Translations under genes and position numbers: made by a program
Notes under the pieces: model-generated
The model's database searches: none
Told to the model about the DNA's origin: nothing
Seen by the model: the letters and a program-made list of their open reading frames with translations, nothing else
Shown: piece by piece, positions 37,099 through 46,760 of the stretch
How the letters are laid out: every line of letters starts with the position of its first letter
Position numbering within the stretch: position 1 is the first letter of the stretch
From: an uncultured Pirellulaceae bacterium
GTDB lineage: Bacteria > Planctomycetota > Planctomycetia > Pirellulales > Pirellulaceae
NCBI GenBank assembly: GCA_964617665.1
Contig: CAZUAH010000008.1
Span: forward strand, 1 to 64,000
DNA length: 64,000 bases
Direction: 5' to 3'

Positions 37099-37464
37099 TC
37101 AATAGCAGACGCAGGGCGAACCCTCGGACAGCCACTCGACCAGCGTGGCCCCACCCGCGGGTTTGGCGCCCTCGATGAGCATATCCTCGGAGATATCGCG
37201 CTTCTTCAGGCAGGGCGAGCATACGAGCACCTTGCCGCCGCCGGCGAGGAATTTTTCCACCAACTCCTTGAGCGGCGCGAACGGTGCGCCCTCGTTGATC
37301 TTTTCTGCCTCGCCTTTCACCGCGGCCCACACGCCGTCGGTGCTAAGGAATACGAGCGTGTCCAGCTCGCTCCCCAGTGCCGCATTGGCCACGACGAAAC
37401 CGACGGTGACCTTGTCCGTGTCCTGCCGACAGTGGGTGATGGATACGCAAAAAGTCTTTGCCAC
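37099..37464 (-). CDS. DsrE/DsrF (YchN-like) family sulfur-relay protein
   Basis: 121 aa. VTVGFVVANAALGSELDTLVFLSTDGVWAA...GGKVLVCSPCLKKRDI. Confidence 0.8.
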   Translation of the reverse strand: MAKTFCVSITHCRQDTDKVTVGFVVANAALGSELDTLVFLSTDGVWAAVKGEAEKINEGAPFAPLKELVEKFLAGGGKVLVCSPCLKKRDISEDMLIEGAKPAGGATLVEWLSEGSPCVCY

Positions 37465-37467
37465 GAT

Positions 37468-37725
37468 TCACTCCTCCTTACGATGATTACCGTTTTTCTC
37501 GATGAGGTAATAGGGATGAGACTGCGCGATCAACCGGTTCCCCGTAAGCCGGCACCAAGCTGGCACCTCCATCGGTGAGCCGATGTCCCGAGTGGCCAGC
37601 ATCACGATCGAGCCCGTCGGAAGGGGGCGGATGTGCATACGAAAGTCGAGCAGCAGTTGACCGCAGCCGAGTTCCATGGCATCGAACACATCGTCGAAGT
37701 TCCAATCCGGAGGTACGCGTTCCAC
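37468..37725 (-). CDS. TusA-like sulfurtransferase family protein
   Basis: 85 aa. FDAMELGCGQLLLDFRMHIRPLPTGSIVMLATRDIGSPMEVPAWCRLTGNRLI is collinear with E. coli TusA; the Cys is retained but the CPxP motif is replaced by CGQL. Confidence 0.75.
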   Translation of the reverse strand: MERVPPDWNFDDVFDAMELGCGQLLLDFRMHIRPLPTGSIVMLATRDIGSPMEVPAWCRLTGNRLIAQSHPYYLIEKNGNHRKEE

Positions 37726-37999
37726 GCCTGCAGTTCCTCCCCAATCGACGTTTGAGCACTTCGTTCGAGACCGGGCTCACGAAATATCCGATCCTACCGA
37801 TAATTGCATGAACCACTTAACCGGCGTATCCCTCGGCTTCACTTGGCAACAAGGCATGTAGTGAGCCAATACGTTCTTTCTCGCATATCGATTCGGCCAA
37901 TGGGCTCCTCATCGTTCACTATGTCCTTGGACTATTGATGAACACTGCAGTCCTACAAACAGATGAGCATATCCGCGACCATCTCGTGCCGATCGGCGT

Positions 38000-38707
38000 C
38001 TACTCCACCTTCTCTCCTGGGTTCAGTTCCCGAATCCTGATGTTCCTCCAACGCACTTGGTACGGCCCGGTGTCTTTCTTTATGCCATGGACTTGCAGGC
38101 CGATGAAGCCAGTGGCGTCCATGTCGTCACGGAAGTCGGCGCAGGGAACTCCGTTAACCCACGATCGGATGCGGTCGCCTTGTGCGACGATACGATAGCA
38201 GTTCCATTCGCCATCTTTGAAGGCCTTTGTAGCTTCAGGCTTGTCGGACATATCGTCGAGCCATTTGGTTCGCCGGCCCTCGTCCCAGAAGTTGCCGGAC
38301 GATCCCCTTGCTGCTGCGGCAATTTCACACTGGTAGCCGTAGACTTCGCCCTTCTTGCGGATGCGTTCGGGCTTGGACATCTGCGGCGTGTCCTTCTCGT
38401 AAACGTGGCTTCGGATCTGGATACCCGAGTTCAACGGCGTATCACATAGCACCTCCAACTCCAGAATGAAATCGCCGAACGGCCCTTTGCATAGGAACGT
38501 ATTGCGGCTGCCGTCGGCGGTGGTCCCAACGATCATCCCATCCTTTGCTTCGTAAGTGGCATACCCGCCTTGTTTCGTCCAGCCTTCGATAGTCTTGCCA
38601 TCAAAAAGGGAAACCCATTTCCCGTCGTCGGCGTTTGCGTACGCGCCGATGGCCAGGATGAAGGTGAGTGATAGAGCAGTTGTGAGAGTAGAATTCTGTC
38701 GCATCAT
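38000..38707 (-). CDS. DUF1080 (LamG-like, 3-keto-disaccharide hydrolase family) secreted protein
   Basis: Start MMRQNSTLTTALSLTFILAIGAYANA. KWVSLFDGKTIEGWTKQGGYATYEAKDGMIVG ... GFIGLQVHG is typical of DUF1080. Confidence 0.8.
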   Translation of the reverse strand: MMRQNSTLTTALSLTFILAIGAYANADDGKWVSLFDGKTIEGWTKQGGYATYEAKDGMIVGTTADGSRNTFLCKGPFGDFILELEVLCDTPLNSGIQIRSHVYEKDTPQMSKPERIRKKGEVYGYQCEIAAAARGSSGNFWDEGRRTKWLDDMSDKPEATKAFKDGEWNCYRIVAQGDRIRSWVNGVPCADFRDDMDATGFIGLQVHGIKKDTGPYQVRWRNIRIRELNPGEKVE

Positions 38708-38765
38708 GTTGGTCCTTTGTGTTGCAGTTGTCGAGACTTGTCGGCCGGCAGGGGCATGACTCTTG

Positions 38766-39692
38766 TCAGTGTATATCACCCCCTGGCGCATCGCCTTCAG
38801 AAACCGTGTCATCCAAGCCCTCATCTTGAATGAGACGCGTTGTGTCGTCAATGGATCCCCACGCAATCTCCTGAAGCCGTTTTGCCTGATCGCCGGGAAT
38901 GCTTACCAATGCCTTGTCGCCTTGCTTGATTTCGTTAGGCAGACCGACCGGGCTCGCGTCCAACAGCGTGCCATAGAACACGCAAGCGGCCAAGTACGTG
39001 CCCACTGGATTCGGATGGCTCTTGTCGGGACGATGCAGAACGAAGGCAGGATCGGCTGCCAGAGCCATCTTCCAGGCGATGCCGACCGGAGCGACCTTCG
39101 CGTCAAGTTCCTGGGCGATATCGAAATAGGCCCCGTTCAGACCGCCCCGCAGACCGGCCTGCTGTTGCTGACGCCACGCATCGAAATCGACTACTTTCGT
39201 CGATCTGCTGATTTGGTACATCGCACGCGCGAAGTCCAGCGATGCGGCCGGGGCGGCTCCTTCTTGCATGTCGGGAATATGCTGCCGCGCCCATGCCAGA
39301 TAGAAAACCGTCTGTGCGCCCTGTTGTTTGATCTCTGCATCGAGGAGACGGGCGTACTTATGCATCGACTGCCGGTCGACGACGGGGCGGAGGCTTTGCT
39401 CCTGCAATACGACCACATCCCACTTCTCTGCGCGGATCTTGTCGATGGCCTTTTGCTCGCGGACATGTCTCTCCAGCGTGCAACCGCCCGCAAGGTGTCG
39501 ATCCGCGTTGATCTTTCGTCCATCCGCGGCATCGGCCAACGCCTCAACCATCGCAGGAAGATCATTCGCAGCGGTGTAGCTGTTTCCTATAAAAAGCACT
39601 TTCAGCGGAGCGTCATGCCCTTCCTGGGCGAACGCTGCGACGGTTACAAGTAGAAGTGTCGCCACGCAGATCCACTTGTGACTTAGTTTCAT
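38766..39692 (-). CDS. Secreted SGNH/GDSL-type hydrolase
   Basis: 308 aa. Signal peptide; LKVLFIGNSYT block I; downstream D/H near the C-terminus. Confidence 0.8.
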   Translation of the reverse strand: MKLSHKWICVATLLLVTVAAFAQEGHDAPLKVLFIGNSYTAANDLPAMVEALADAADGRKINADRHLAGGCTLERHVREQKAIDKIRAEKWDVVVLQEQSLRPVVDRQSMHKYARLLDAEIKQQGAQTVFYLAWARQHIPDMQEGAAPAASLDFARAMYQISRSTKVVDFDAWRQQQQAGLRGGLNGAYFDIAQELDAKVAPVGIAWKMALAADPAFVLHRPDKSHPNPVGTYLAACVFYGTLLDASPVGLPNEIKQGDKALVSIPGDQAKRLQEIAWGSIDDTTRLIQDEGLDDTVSEGDAPGGDIH

Positions 39693-40053
39693 GTTGCATC
39701 CATCTCACTTTGGGATTTTCGATTGGGACTTCTAAAAGGTCCAATGCTATCGATTCGTCTTGCGGTAGTCGGCGGCCATTTTCGGATACACGTCGATTTC
39801 GAGCTTCGTGTTTCCTTCCAGATCGAACAACGCAGGCCCCTGCCAATTCGTTGGCTCCGTGAGACAGGGAACTGTCACAGCACATTCTATCACCCGATGA
39901 TGCTCGTTGATAGAAACTAAGCGATGCGATGCCACGGGGCGCCAGAGGAGTTCGGCAAAGGCGATACCGAGGTGCCGTCGTTACTGCTCGATGGCGAGGG
40001 GGAGCCGGCGACGATCGATTTCAGCCATCCGCGTGCCTGACGTTACGCCATCA

Positions 40054-40344
40054 TCACCACGGCGTCCAGTAGATGCCGTTTCCTCGCACTCCGACGTCTC
40101 CGGTGGGGACGCCATAGTTGTCGAAGAAGCGAGCGTGGAAACCACCGTAGTACCGAGGATAGTACTCGCGTTGGTAGCCGTACGGATCGTGGCGGTAGAC
40201 GTGATTCGCATCCCGCGGTGCGCGGACAGTGGGCGGGTTAGGTCGCCGTCGCAAGAGCCTGCCTCGACGTTCAGCCGCGCATACATCACAAGTAAGGGAA
40301 GCGAGCACAGCGATAACTGACAGTTTGAACAGGATTTGCTTCAT
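40054..40344 (-). CDS. Small secreted basic Tyr/Arg-rich protein, hypothetical
   Basis: Start MKQILFKLSVIAVLASLTCDVCAAE (ATG 40342-40344). Confidence 0.5.
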   Translation of the reverse strand: MKQILFKLSVIAVLASLTCDVCAAERRGRLLRRRPNPPTVRAPRDANHVYRHDPYGYQREYYPRYYGGFHARFFDNYGVPTGDVGVRGNGIYWTPW

Positions 40345-40701
40345 AACGTTTCTACCGGTTGCGAGGCCGATGGTGCCTTCGAGGCGTGTCCACTTCTGCT
40401 GTGGAATGCTGACCACCTGAGTATGTATAGCTTGCAGATCTGAGATTGTGGCCCTGGCATGCCGCCTAGTGCGAGAGAATCCCCGAATAGGCTGCGACTC
40501 CTCCAGCAACACAGAATGCCACGGCCATCGCGGTGGTTCGCAACCGGGCCATGCAGGACACACCCACGAAACCGCCGTCGTGGCCTGGCGACGCTCCAAC
40601 GGTTACACTGTTGCCATAGTCATGAACGCTCGGACGCGGCTCCTGTTGGTTCGCCACTCGGTTGATTCACGTTTTGTACAGCGCGCTATGGAGACATCTC
40701 A

Positions 40702-41199
40702 ATGAACCGAGACGACTTCTGGAAACTTGTGGAAGACGCTGAATCCGGGCGGGGACCATACGAGCAGGCCGAAGTGATACAGGCGGAGCTTGCCAAGCGG
40801 TCACCAGAGGAAATCGTGGAGTTCGAACGTCACGTGCGTGAACTGCAGGCGTCGTCATACACATGGGATCTCTGGGGTGCCGCATACTTGATCAATGGCG
40901 GCTGCTCCGATGACGGATTCGAGTACTTTCGCGGTTGGCTGATTGCTCAAGGCCGATCTGTCTTTGAGAATGCTGTCGCGGCCCCGGATTCTTTGGCCGA
41001 CCTGCCCGACCTTGAGGAAGATGTCGAATGCGAAGAAATGCTATACGTCGCATTCTCTGCATACCAATCGGCCACGGGAACTGAAATACCCAGCGTGCCA
41101 ATCAAATTGCCTGATCTTGGTGAAGGTTGGGATTTCGACGACGACGCGGAAATGAAGAAGCGATACCCAAAGCTGTTCGCGAAGTTCTGCTCCGAGTAG
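40702..41199 (+). CDS. DUF4240-family protein
   Basis: 165 aa. MNRDDFWKLVEDAE...WDLWGAAYLINGGCSDDGFEYFRGWLIAQG resembles DUF4240, a family found associated with WGR-domain proteins. Confidence 0.65.
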   Translation: MNRDDFWKLVEDAESGRGPYEQAEVIQAELAKRSPEEIVEFERHVRELQASSYTWDLWGAAYLINGGCSDDGFEYFRGWLIAQGRSVFENAVAAPDSLADLPDLEEDVECEEMLYVAFSAYQSATGTEIPSVPIKLPDLGEGWDFDDDAEMKKRYPKLFAKFCSE

Positions 41200-41274
41200 C
41201 CGGTCCCAGCCGATGGAATTCGCGAGCAGACCCTGACGGACCAAATGCCATCGCAGCTTCATGAATTATCCGGC

Positions 41275-42102
41275 CTATCGCGGCTTCTGCTTCAGCGCGT
41301 CCGCAAGGCATTTGAGTACGTGGGCAAACTCCTCGTGACCGGTGGTGGTGTCTCGGACTATGAGCAGATTCTTGAACGGCACGACCCGCCGAGCAGCGCG
41401 CATGACCGACCGAGCGTCCAGTATCTCAGCGTACTCCTCCTCGTCGGCGCCTTCGCCGCCCGGGTATGCTCCTCCGAATCCGCCGCCGTACGCATCATCG
41501 TCTCCACTCCCGTAGCCACCCATGTCCATATCGCCCATGCCCATCATACCACCATAACCCTGCGGCATTCCGGCGCGGGGCGTCGATACGCTACCCGGCT
41601 GTAGAGCCTGCATTAGTGGCATGGCGACGCTCTCGGCCATCTCGCCCTCGTCCAACAAGGCGGAGACGTTGTACACCTTCACGTGAGCGTGAGCGACGGC
41701 GCCTTCGGGCGTGGTGATCAGCAGCACCTCGTTGCGGATTTCGTAGGTCAGTTCCAGATCCTTGAGCATCAGGCGCAGCCCGGAACGCAAAGAAATAGCG
41801 GTTAGGTGCCGCGTGATGGGAACGTCGGTTCCGAGGCCCACGTCGTCCAGCGCATTTCTGTCGAGTTCAATGTTAATGCCGTGCATGTCCTTGAGAAACT
41901 CAATGACCTGCTCCAAGGGGGTCTCGATAAACTCAAGACGTGTGTCCTGGTCTAACACTTCGCAGATTTTCTGTTCGGCCGGTCCAGGCTTGGGCGTGAC
42001 CGACGGCCAGTCCTCGGCTGCGGCCGGGGCCGCGAGAAACGCAACGCTTGCCATCAGGGCCAGCAAAACAGAAAACGGATTAGCATTAGCAGAGTGGAAC
42101 AT
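41275..42102 (-). CDS. Secreted protein with secretin/STN-like N-domain and Gly/Met/Tyr-rich low-complexity segment, hypothetical
   Basis: Start MFHSANANPFSVLLALMASVAFLAAPAAA with GGGAGA Shine-Dalgarno. Confidence 0.7.
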   Translation of the reverse strand: MFHSANANPFSVLLALMASVAFLAAPAAAEDWPSVTPKPGPAEQKICEVLDQDTRLEFIETPLEQVIEFLKDMHGINIELDRNALDDVGLGTDVPITRHLTAISLRSGLRLMLKDLELTYEIRNEVLLITTPEGAVAHAHVKVYNVSALLDEGEMAESVAMPLMQALQPGSVSTPRAGMPQGYGGMMGMGDMDMGGYGSGDDDAYGGGFGGAYPGGEGADEEEYAEILDARSVMRAARRVVPFKNLLIVRDTTTGHEEFAHVLKCLADALKQKPR

Positions 42103-42408
42103 GACGAGAGTCTCCCACAAGATTTGAAAGGGCCTTGCCATCTTTAGCCTAAGCAACCGGCGGCGATTTGACAATCAGTATTCAGGCCGGTCCCATGAAA
42201 CGAGTGATCAGTGCCCAAAGTCCGGTAGAAAGTCAACTGTCGGTCTGACAGACATGGGACGTCGGCCAACCTGGTACACACGCCGCTCGGCGAGGCTTTT
42301 CCATGCGAAATTCTGTAGAATACGATAGCGGCAAGAGAATTGACGGCTTGTTGCCGATGGATGCAGCCTCAACAATCGGTGGAACCGCAGATCCAGAAAG
42401 GGAGCACA

Positions 42409-43722
42409 ATGCCCGATCTAGCAGATGGCGAAACGGTTGAAATGAAGGGTTCTGGTGCAAAGCCGTACGTGCTCAAGAACGTCGGCGGTGTTTATTCGTG
42501 TAGTTGTCCTGCTTGGCGAAACCAGTCTTTGCCAATCGAAAAGCGCACATGCAAGCATCTTCGCAAATTGCGTGGCGACGAAGCCGAGAAGTCGCGGATT
42601 GGTGGGGCGTTACCCACGAAATCGGCAAAAGCGAAGAAGGAGAGCGAAGGTCCTCCAATTCTATTGGCGCAGAAATGGGATAACGCGGAGGATTTGACCG
42701 ATTGGTGGATCAGTGAAAAGCTTGACGGTGTGCGGGCTTATTGGGATGGCAAGCAGTTCCTATCGCGGCAGGGCAATGTTTATCACGCCCCAGGCTGGTT
42801 TCTGGCCGGCATGCCCAATGTTCCATTGGATGGTGAATTGTGGCTCGACCGCAAGGCGTTCCAACGGACGGTCAGCATCGTCCGTCGGCAAGACAAGAGC
42901 GATCATTGGAAGGAAATACGCTTCCTGGTTTTCGATGCTCCGCAGCATAGCGGCGATTTTGAAACTCGGCTCGACTTTCTCGCTGATTGCCTGCCCAAGC
43001 GATCGAAGCAAACCATGTATGCGCAGGGCCACGATCACAAACGATGCACTGGGCTCGAACATTTGCGACAAGAATTGGCCAAGGTCGAGGCGATTGGCGG
43101 CGAGGGTCTGATGCTTCGGGAACCAGGATCGCAATACGAAGTGGGCCGCTCTTTCACCTTATTGAAGGTGAAGACCTTTCATGACGCCGAGGCCGTGGTG
43201 ATCGACCATCAAGCCGGCAAAGGCAAACACAAAGGCAAACTGGGGTCCTTGATCGTGCAGATGGACGACGGCACTGAATTCTCGGTGGGCACTGGCCTCT
43301 CCGATGCCGAGCGAGCATCGCCACCACCAGTGGGCAGCGTGGTCACGTTCCGTTACCAGGAGCTAACGGACGGGGGCGTTCCGCGGTTTCCTTCGTTTGT
43401 GCGCGTCCGCGAATTGGCTGAAGAGACGCGTGCCACCGATGCCAAGCAGACGGCGAAGTCGCGGCGGCCCGCGAAAGCGAAGAAAGGCCCCTCGTCACCC
43501 GAGAAAGGCGGCGTGCGACAATTCGAGTTGGTCGAGGGAAAATCAAACAAGTTCTGGGAGGTCGCTGTAGACGGTCTTGAAGTGGCCGTCCGCTACGGCC
43601 GCATTGGCAGCAACGGAACAACACAAACAAAGGAGTTCTCTGATGCCGATGCGGCCGAGGCTCACGCGGATAGGTTGATCAAGCAGAAGACCGCCAAGGG
43701 CTACATCGAGAAGTCTGACTGA
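42409..43722 (+). CDS. ATP-dependent DNA ligase with N-terminal SWIM zinc finger and C-terminal WGR domain
   Basis: SWIM: YSCSCPAWRNQ...RTCKHL. Ligase motifs I SEKLDGVRAY, III VPLDGELWL, IV LVFDAP, V GGEGLMLR. C-terminal WGR: FELVEGKSNKFWEVAVDGLEVAVRYGRIGSNGTTQTKEF. AGGGAG Shine-Dalgarno. Confidence 0.85.
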   Translation: MPDLADGETVEMKGSGAKPYVLKNVGGVYSCSCPAWRNQSLPIEKRTCKHLRKLRGDEAEKSRIGGALPTKSAKAKKESEGPPILLAQKWDNAEDLTDWWISEKLDGVRAYWDGKQFLSRQGNVYHAPGWFLAGMPNVPLDGELWLDRKAFQRTVSIVRRQDKSDHWKEIRFLVFDAPQHSGDFETRLDFLADCLPKRSKQTMYAQGHDHKRCTGLEHLRQELAKVEAIGGEGLMLREPGSQYEVGRSFTLLKVKTFHDAEAVVIDHQAGKGKHKGKLGSLIVQMDDGTEFSVGTGLSDAERASPPPVGSVVTFRYQELTDGGVPRFPSFVRVRELAEETRATDAKQTAKSRRPAKAKKGPSSPEKGGVRQFELVEGKSNKFWEVAVDGLEVAVRYGRIGSNGTTQTKEFSDADAAEAHADRLIKQKTAKGYIEKSD

Positions 43723-43898
43723 ATGTGGTGACGTCATCACTCGAGACAAGACAATAGGCACGACCCTGGCCAACCGACGGGATGTGCGCTGCCACAGTCC
43801 GTCCGTCGCACCCACGTTCAGATTGCGTTAGACTGAAAAGGGATAACCTATTCACCACGGCGTATCGACCAGGACCTTTAGCAGGCAAGAGCCACACG

Positions 43899-44171
43899 AT
43901 GACGCGTGACGATTCGCAACGAAGTGTATCAACATTGCTATGGTTGGTACTGGTTGGCGCTGGGAGCCTGTTGACAGGGCTTGGCTTTGCGATTGTGGGG
44001 CTGATTGTGGGTGCGGCCATCGGTGGCAACTACGCTGTTGATTTTCGGTTCGCGGGGAACAGAGGTTACGAGGCCACAGGCCTTCTTGGCGCCATCATCG
44101 GATTTCCTGTCGGCGTGATTATTGGCGCTTCCATCGGCTCCGTTGTTGTTCGACTTTGCAGACGTACGTGA
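43899..44171 (+). CDS. Small Gly-rich membrane protein, hypothetical
   Basis: MTRDDSQRSVSTLLWLVLVGAGSLLTGLGFAIVGLIVGAAIGG... Confidence 0.5.
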   Translation: MTRDDSQRSVSTLLWLVLVGAGSLLTGLGFAIVGLIVGAAIGGNYAVDFRFAGNRGYEATGLLGAIIGFPVGVIIGASIGSVVVRLCRRT

Positions 44172-44229
44172 CGTGAATCGGTGTGGACTTTGCCTGGGCA
44201 CACTACAAGATCATGAAAGGAGACTGAAG

Positions 44230-45540
44230 ATGGACCGACGAGTATTCTTGCAGGGCGCTGCGGTAGCCGGTCTTTCCGCGACGGCCGCGCGCGGTGCCGA
44301 GCGTTCCGCGAACGACCGCATTTCCGTTTGCGTTATGGGGGTGCGTGGGCGTGGGGGCGGCTTGCTTAGCACATTCGCGTCGTTGCCCGATGTCGACGTC
44401 ACCTACGTTTGCGATATCGATGAATCCGTCCTTCACGGGCGAGCCAAGAGCGTAGCGGACAAGACCGGTCGTCAACCGCAAGCGGTCAAGGACTACCGGA
44501 AAGCGCTGGACGACAAAGATGTGGACGCCCTGGTGATCGGCACACCCGACCACTGGCACGCCCTTCCAACGATTCATGCTTGCCAGGCCGAAAAAGACGT
44601 TTACGTCGAGAAACCTGACGGGCACAACATCATCGAGGGACAAACGATGGTGGCAGCGGCAAAGAAGTACAGTCGCGTCGTGCAGTTGGGCACACAAGGC
44701 CGCAGCGGCGAGATGCAACGTGCCGCTATGGAACACATCGCTGCCGGCAACATTGGCAAGGTGCGGTTTGCCAAGGCCTGGGAAAGCTCGCGACAGGGCA
44801 ATATTGGTCATCCGCCGGACAGTGATCCGCCACAAGGCGTCGACTACGATTGGTGGCTTGGCCCGGCTCCCAAACGACGCTTCAACGTTCGTCGATATCA
44901 CGGCAGTTGGCGGTGGTTCTTCGACTACGGCACAGGCGACCTTGGAAACGATGGCGTCCATCTGCTGGACTTTGCCCGATGGGGACTGCAGACGGCTGTG
45001 ACCGCGGAAGGCAAAGAAATATCGAATATCCCGCGAGCCGTCTCGGCTTATGGCGGCAAACACTATTTCGACGACGCACAAGAGTGGCCTGATACGCTGA
45101 TGGTCACCTACGACTTCGCGGGCTACGTACTCACATACGAACTGAGGATCTGGACACCGTACCCCATGCACGGCGAAGCGGAAGGTGCAGCGATCTACGG
45201 CGATAGCGGGTACGTGACGTTGAGTCACAACCGTTGGCGGGCTTTCGATAGCAAAGGCAAATTGTTGACGGAAGAGACCGGCGGCATGAACAACGTTGGC
45301 CACGCCCAGAACTTCATTGATTGCATGCGCTCTCGTGAACGCCCGGTCGCTGACCTAGAAACCGTCGGACATCCATCAAGTCTGCTTTGCCATCTCGGCA
45401 ATGCAGCTTGGCGGGCAGGCCGCGCGCTGCAGTTCGACCAGGAGCAGTACAAGTTCGTCGGGGATGAGGGCGCCAACCAGTACCTCACCCGCCCCGAGTA
45501 TCGCGAGCCGTGGGTGCTGCCCGCGATTTCCGATCTGTGA
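44230..45540 (+). CDS. Gfo/Idh/MocA-family oxidoreductase with Tat-type signal
   Basis: MDRRVFLQGAAVAGLSATAARG signal. RISVCVMGVRGRGG Rossmann motif, VYVEKP motif. AAAGGAG Shine-Dalgarno. Confidence 0.85.
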   Translation: MDRRVFLQGAAVAGLSATAARGAERSANDRISVCVMGVRGRGGGLLSTFASLPDVDVTYVCDIDESVLHGRAKSVADKTGRQPQAVKDYRKALDDKDVDALVIGTPDHWHALPTIHACQAEKDVYVEKPDGHNIIEGQTMVAAAKKYSRVVQLGTQGRSGEMQRAAMEHIAAGNIGKVRFAKAWESSRQGNIGHPPDSDPPQGVDYDWWLGPAPKRRFNVRRYHGSWRWFFDYGTGDLGNDGVHLLDFARWGLQTAVTAEGKEISNIPRAVSAYGGKHYFDDAQEWPDTLMVTYDFAGYVLTYELRIWTPYPMHGEAEGAAIYGDSGYVTLSHNRWRAFDSKGKLLTEETGGMNNVGHAQNFIDCMRSRERPVADLETVGHPSSLLCHLGNAAWRAGRALQFDQEQYKFVGDEGANQYLTRPEYREPWVLPAISDL

Positions 45541-45626
45541 TTTTGACGGCGTGTAATCCGCTTGAACGAATCCTTTGGTCAAGTATGCAGGCATCTGCGA
45601 TGTTTCTGCGAGGAGTTGCAGCGCAT

Positions 45627-45941
45627 ATGGAATTCGCGTCAAATCGATCGGCAATACAAGTGTTGATTGCGGCCGTGCTGGTTGGCATGTTAGGCTGCGG
45701 CGAGGAGCCCGCTCCGGTCGATGAGACGCCTTTTCGGCAGGCCATCGACGAGTATCTGGACAGCAACAACATGGCGTTGGCGATCAAGGCAATCAAAGAG
45801 GGGCCGACGATCAGCGGGGACAACGCCCAATTGTCGGCTTCGCTGGTACATCAAGAACTGGGCGGCCCAAGTGTCATTTGGTCATTCCACTTCGAGCGAG
45901 GCCAGAACGGCAAATGGTCCGTCGTCCGTCACGAGGACTGA
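45627..45941 (+). CDS. Hypothetical lipoprotein
   Basis: Start MEFASNRSAIQVLIAAVLVGMLGCGEEP (lipobox) with AGGAG Shine-Dalgarno 11 nt upstream. Confidence 0.65.
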   Translation: MEFASNRSAIQVLIAAVLVGMLGCGEEPAPVDETPFRQAIDEYLDSNNMALAIKAIKEGPTISGDNAQLSASLVHQELGGPSVIWSFHFERGQNGKWSVVRHED

Positions 45942-45943
45942 AT

Positions 45944-46468
45944 GTGGGTTCGGTAGATATAGCAGAATTGGCTGTGCGACTAGATTCGCCGGATGTCGAC
46001 CAACGAATTGCCGCGGCCGAAGCGCTCTCGCGTCTGGGCGAAAAAGCTCGGCCCGCGGCCCTCTCACTTGTGCGAGCTATGGGCGACGAAGACGAGGAGA
46101 CGCGTGAGTGGGCCAACTCGGCGCTCGAAGGACTTGGGCCGCCTGATTCCACAGACGCCGAGCCGTTGGCAGGTCTGTTGGGCGATCGGAGTTCAGATGT
46201 TGGATATTGGGCAGCGACCTTGCTCGGCCGACTCGGGAGCGAAGCAGCCAAGTCCGTACCGCAACTGGCAGCCATTGTGGATTCGGAACTGGCCCTGGAA
46301 GTCCGACGACGTGCGGTATGGTCCTTGGGGAAGATCGGACGTCCGGCCATATCTGCCATAGATACACTGCGCAATGCTGCGGGTAGCGATGATGCCCGTC
46401 TGGCTCGGCTTGCCAATGCCTCGCTGAGCCAAATTGTCGGCGGCGGAGCGGAGGGTGACGAGCCTTAA
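45944..46468 (+). CDS. HEAT-repeat (PBS-lyase-type) protein
   Basis: Repeats DVDQRIAAAEALSRLG, DEETREWANSALEGLG, SDVGYWAATLLGRLG, EVRRRAVWSLGKIG. GTG start assumed at 45944; start uncertain. Confidence 0.6.
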   Translation: MGSVDIAELAVRLDSPDVDQRIAAAEALSRLGEKARPAALSLVRAMGDEDEETREWANSALEGLGPPDSTDAEPLAGLLGDRSSDVGYWAATLLGRLGSEAAKSVPQLAAIVDSELALEVRRRAVWSLGKIGRPAISAIDTLRNAAGSDDARLARLANASLSQIVGGGAEGDEP

Positions 46469-46760
46469 ACTGATCACGTCCAAAGTCTGCCCCGCCTCGC
46501 ACCGCAGCCGAACATCCGCTTTCGTGGGGGCACACTACCTGAGAATCGTGCTGTGACGACCATAGCGTAGAAAGTGGTTCTTCCCCCAATTGATATGTTC
46601 TGCACCGGTTTTTCCGGTGGCCATATTGGGTGCATTATTGTGCAAATCGGAATATTCGTAACCGTCGATTCCAAGCGATGTCCCACCGTTTTTTTCGCCG
46701 ATGTTCTCCAGAGTCACAGGGATATGACACCTTGCTCAATCACGAAGGAAGATACGCCGC

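Noticed and set aside
35591-37578. Long plus-strand ORFs (381 aa and 301 aa) across the sulfur-relay operon
   Set aside because: Antisense to four genes with recognisable TusA, DsrE, OsmC and MetE motifs; His/Arg-rich, low-complexity translation.
38763-39653. 296-aa plus-strand ORF
   Set aside because: Antisense to the SGNH hydrolase gene, which has a signal peptide and the GNSYT block.
44203-45303. 366-aa minus-strand ORF
   Set aside because: Antisense to the Gfo/Idh/MocA oxidoreductase, which has the diagnostic EKP and Rossmann motifs and a Tat signal.
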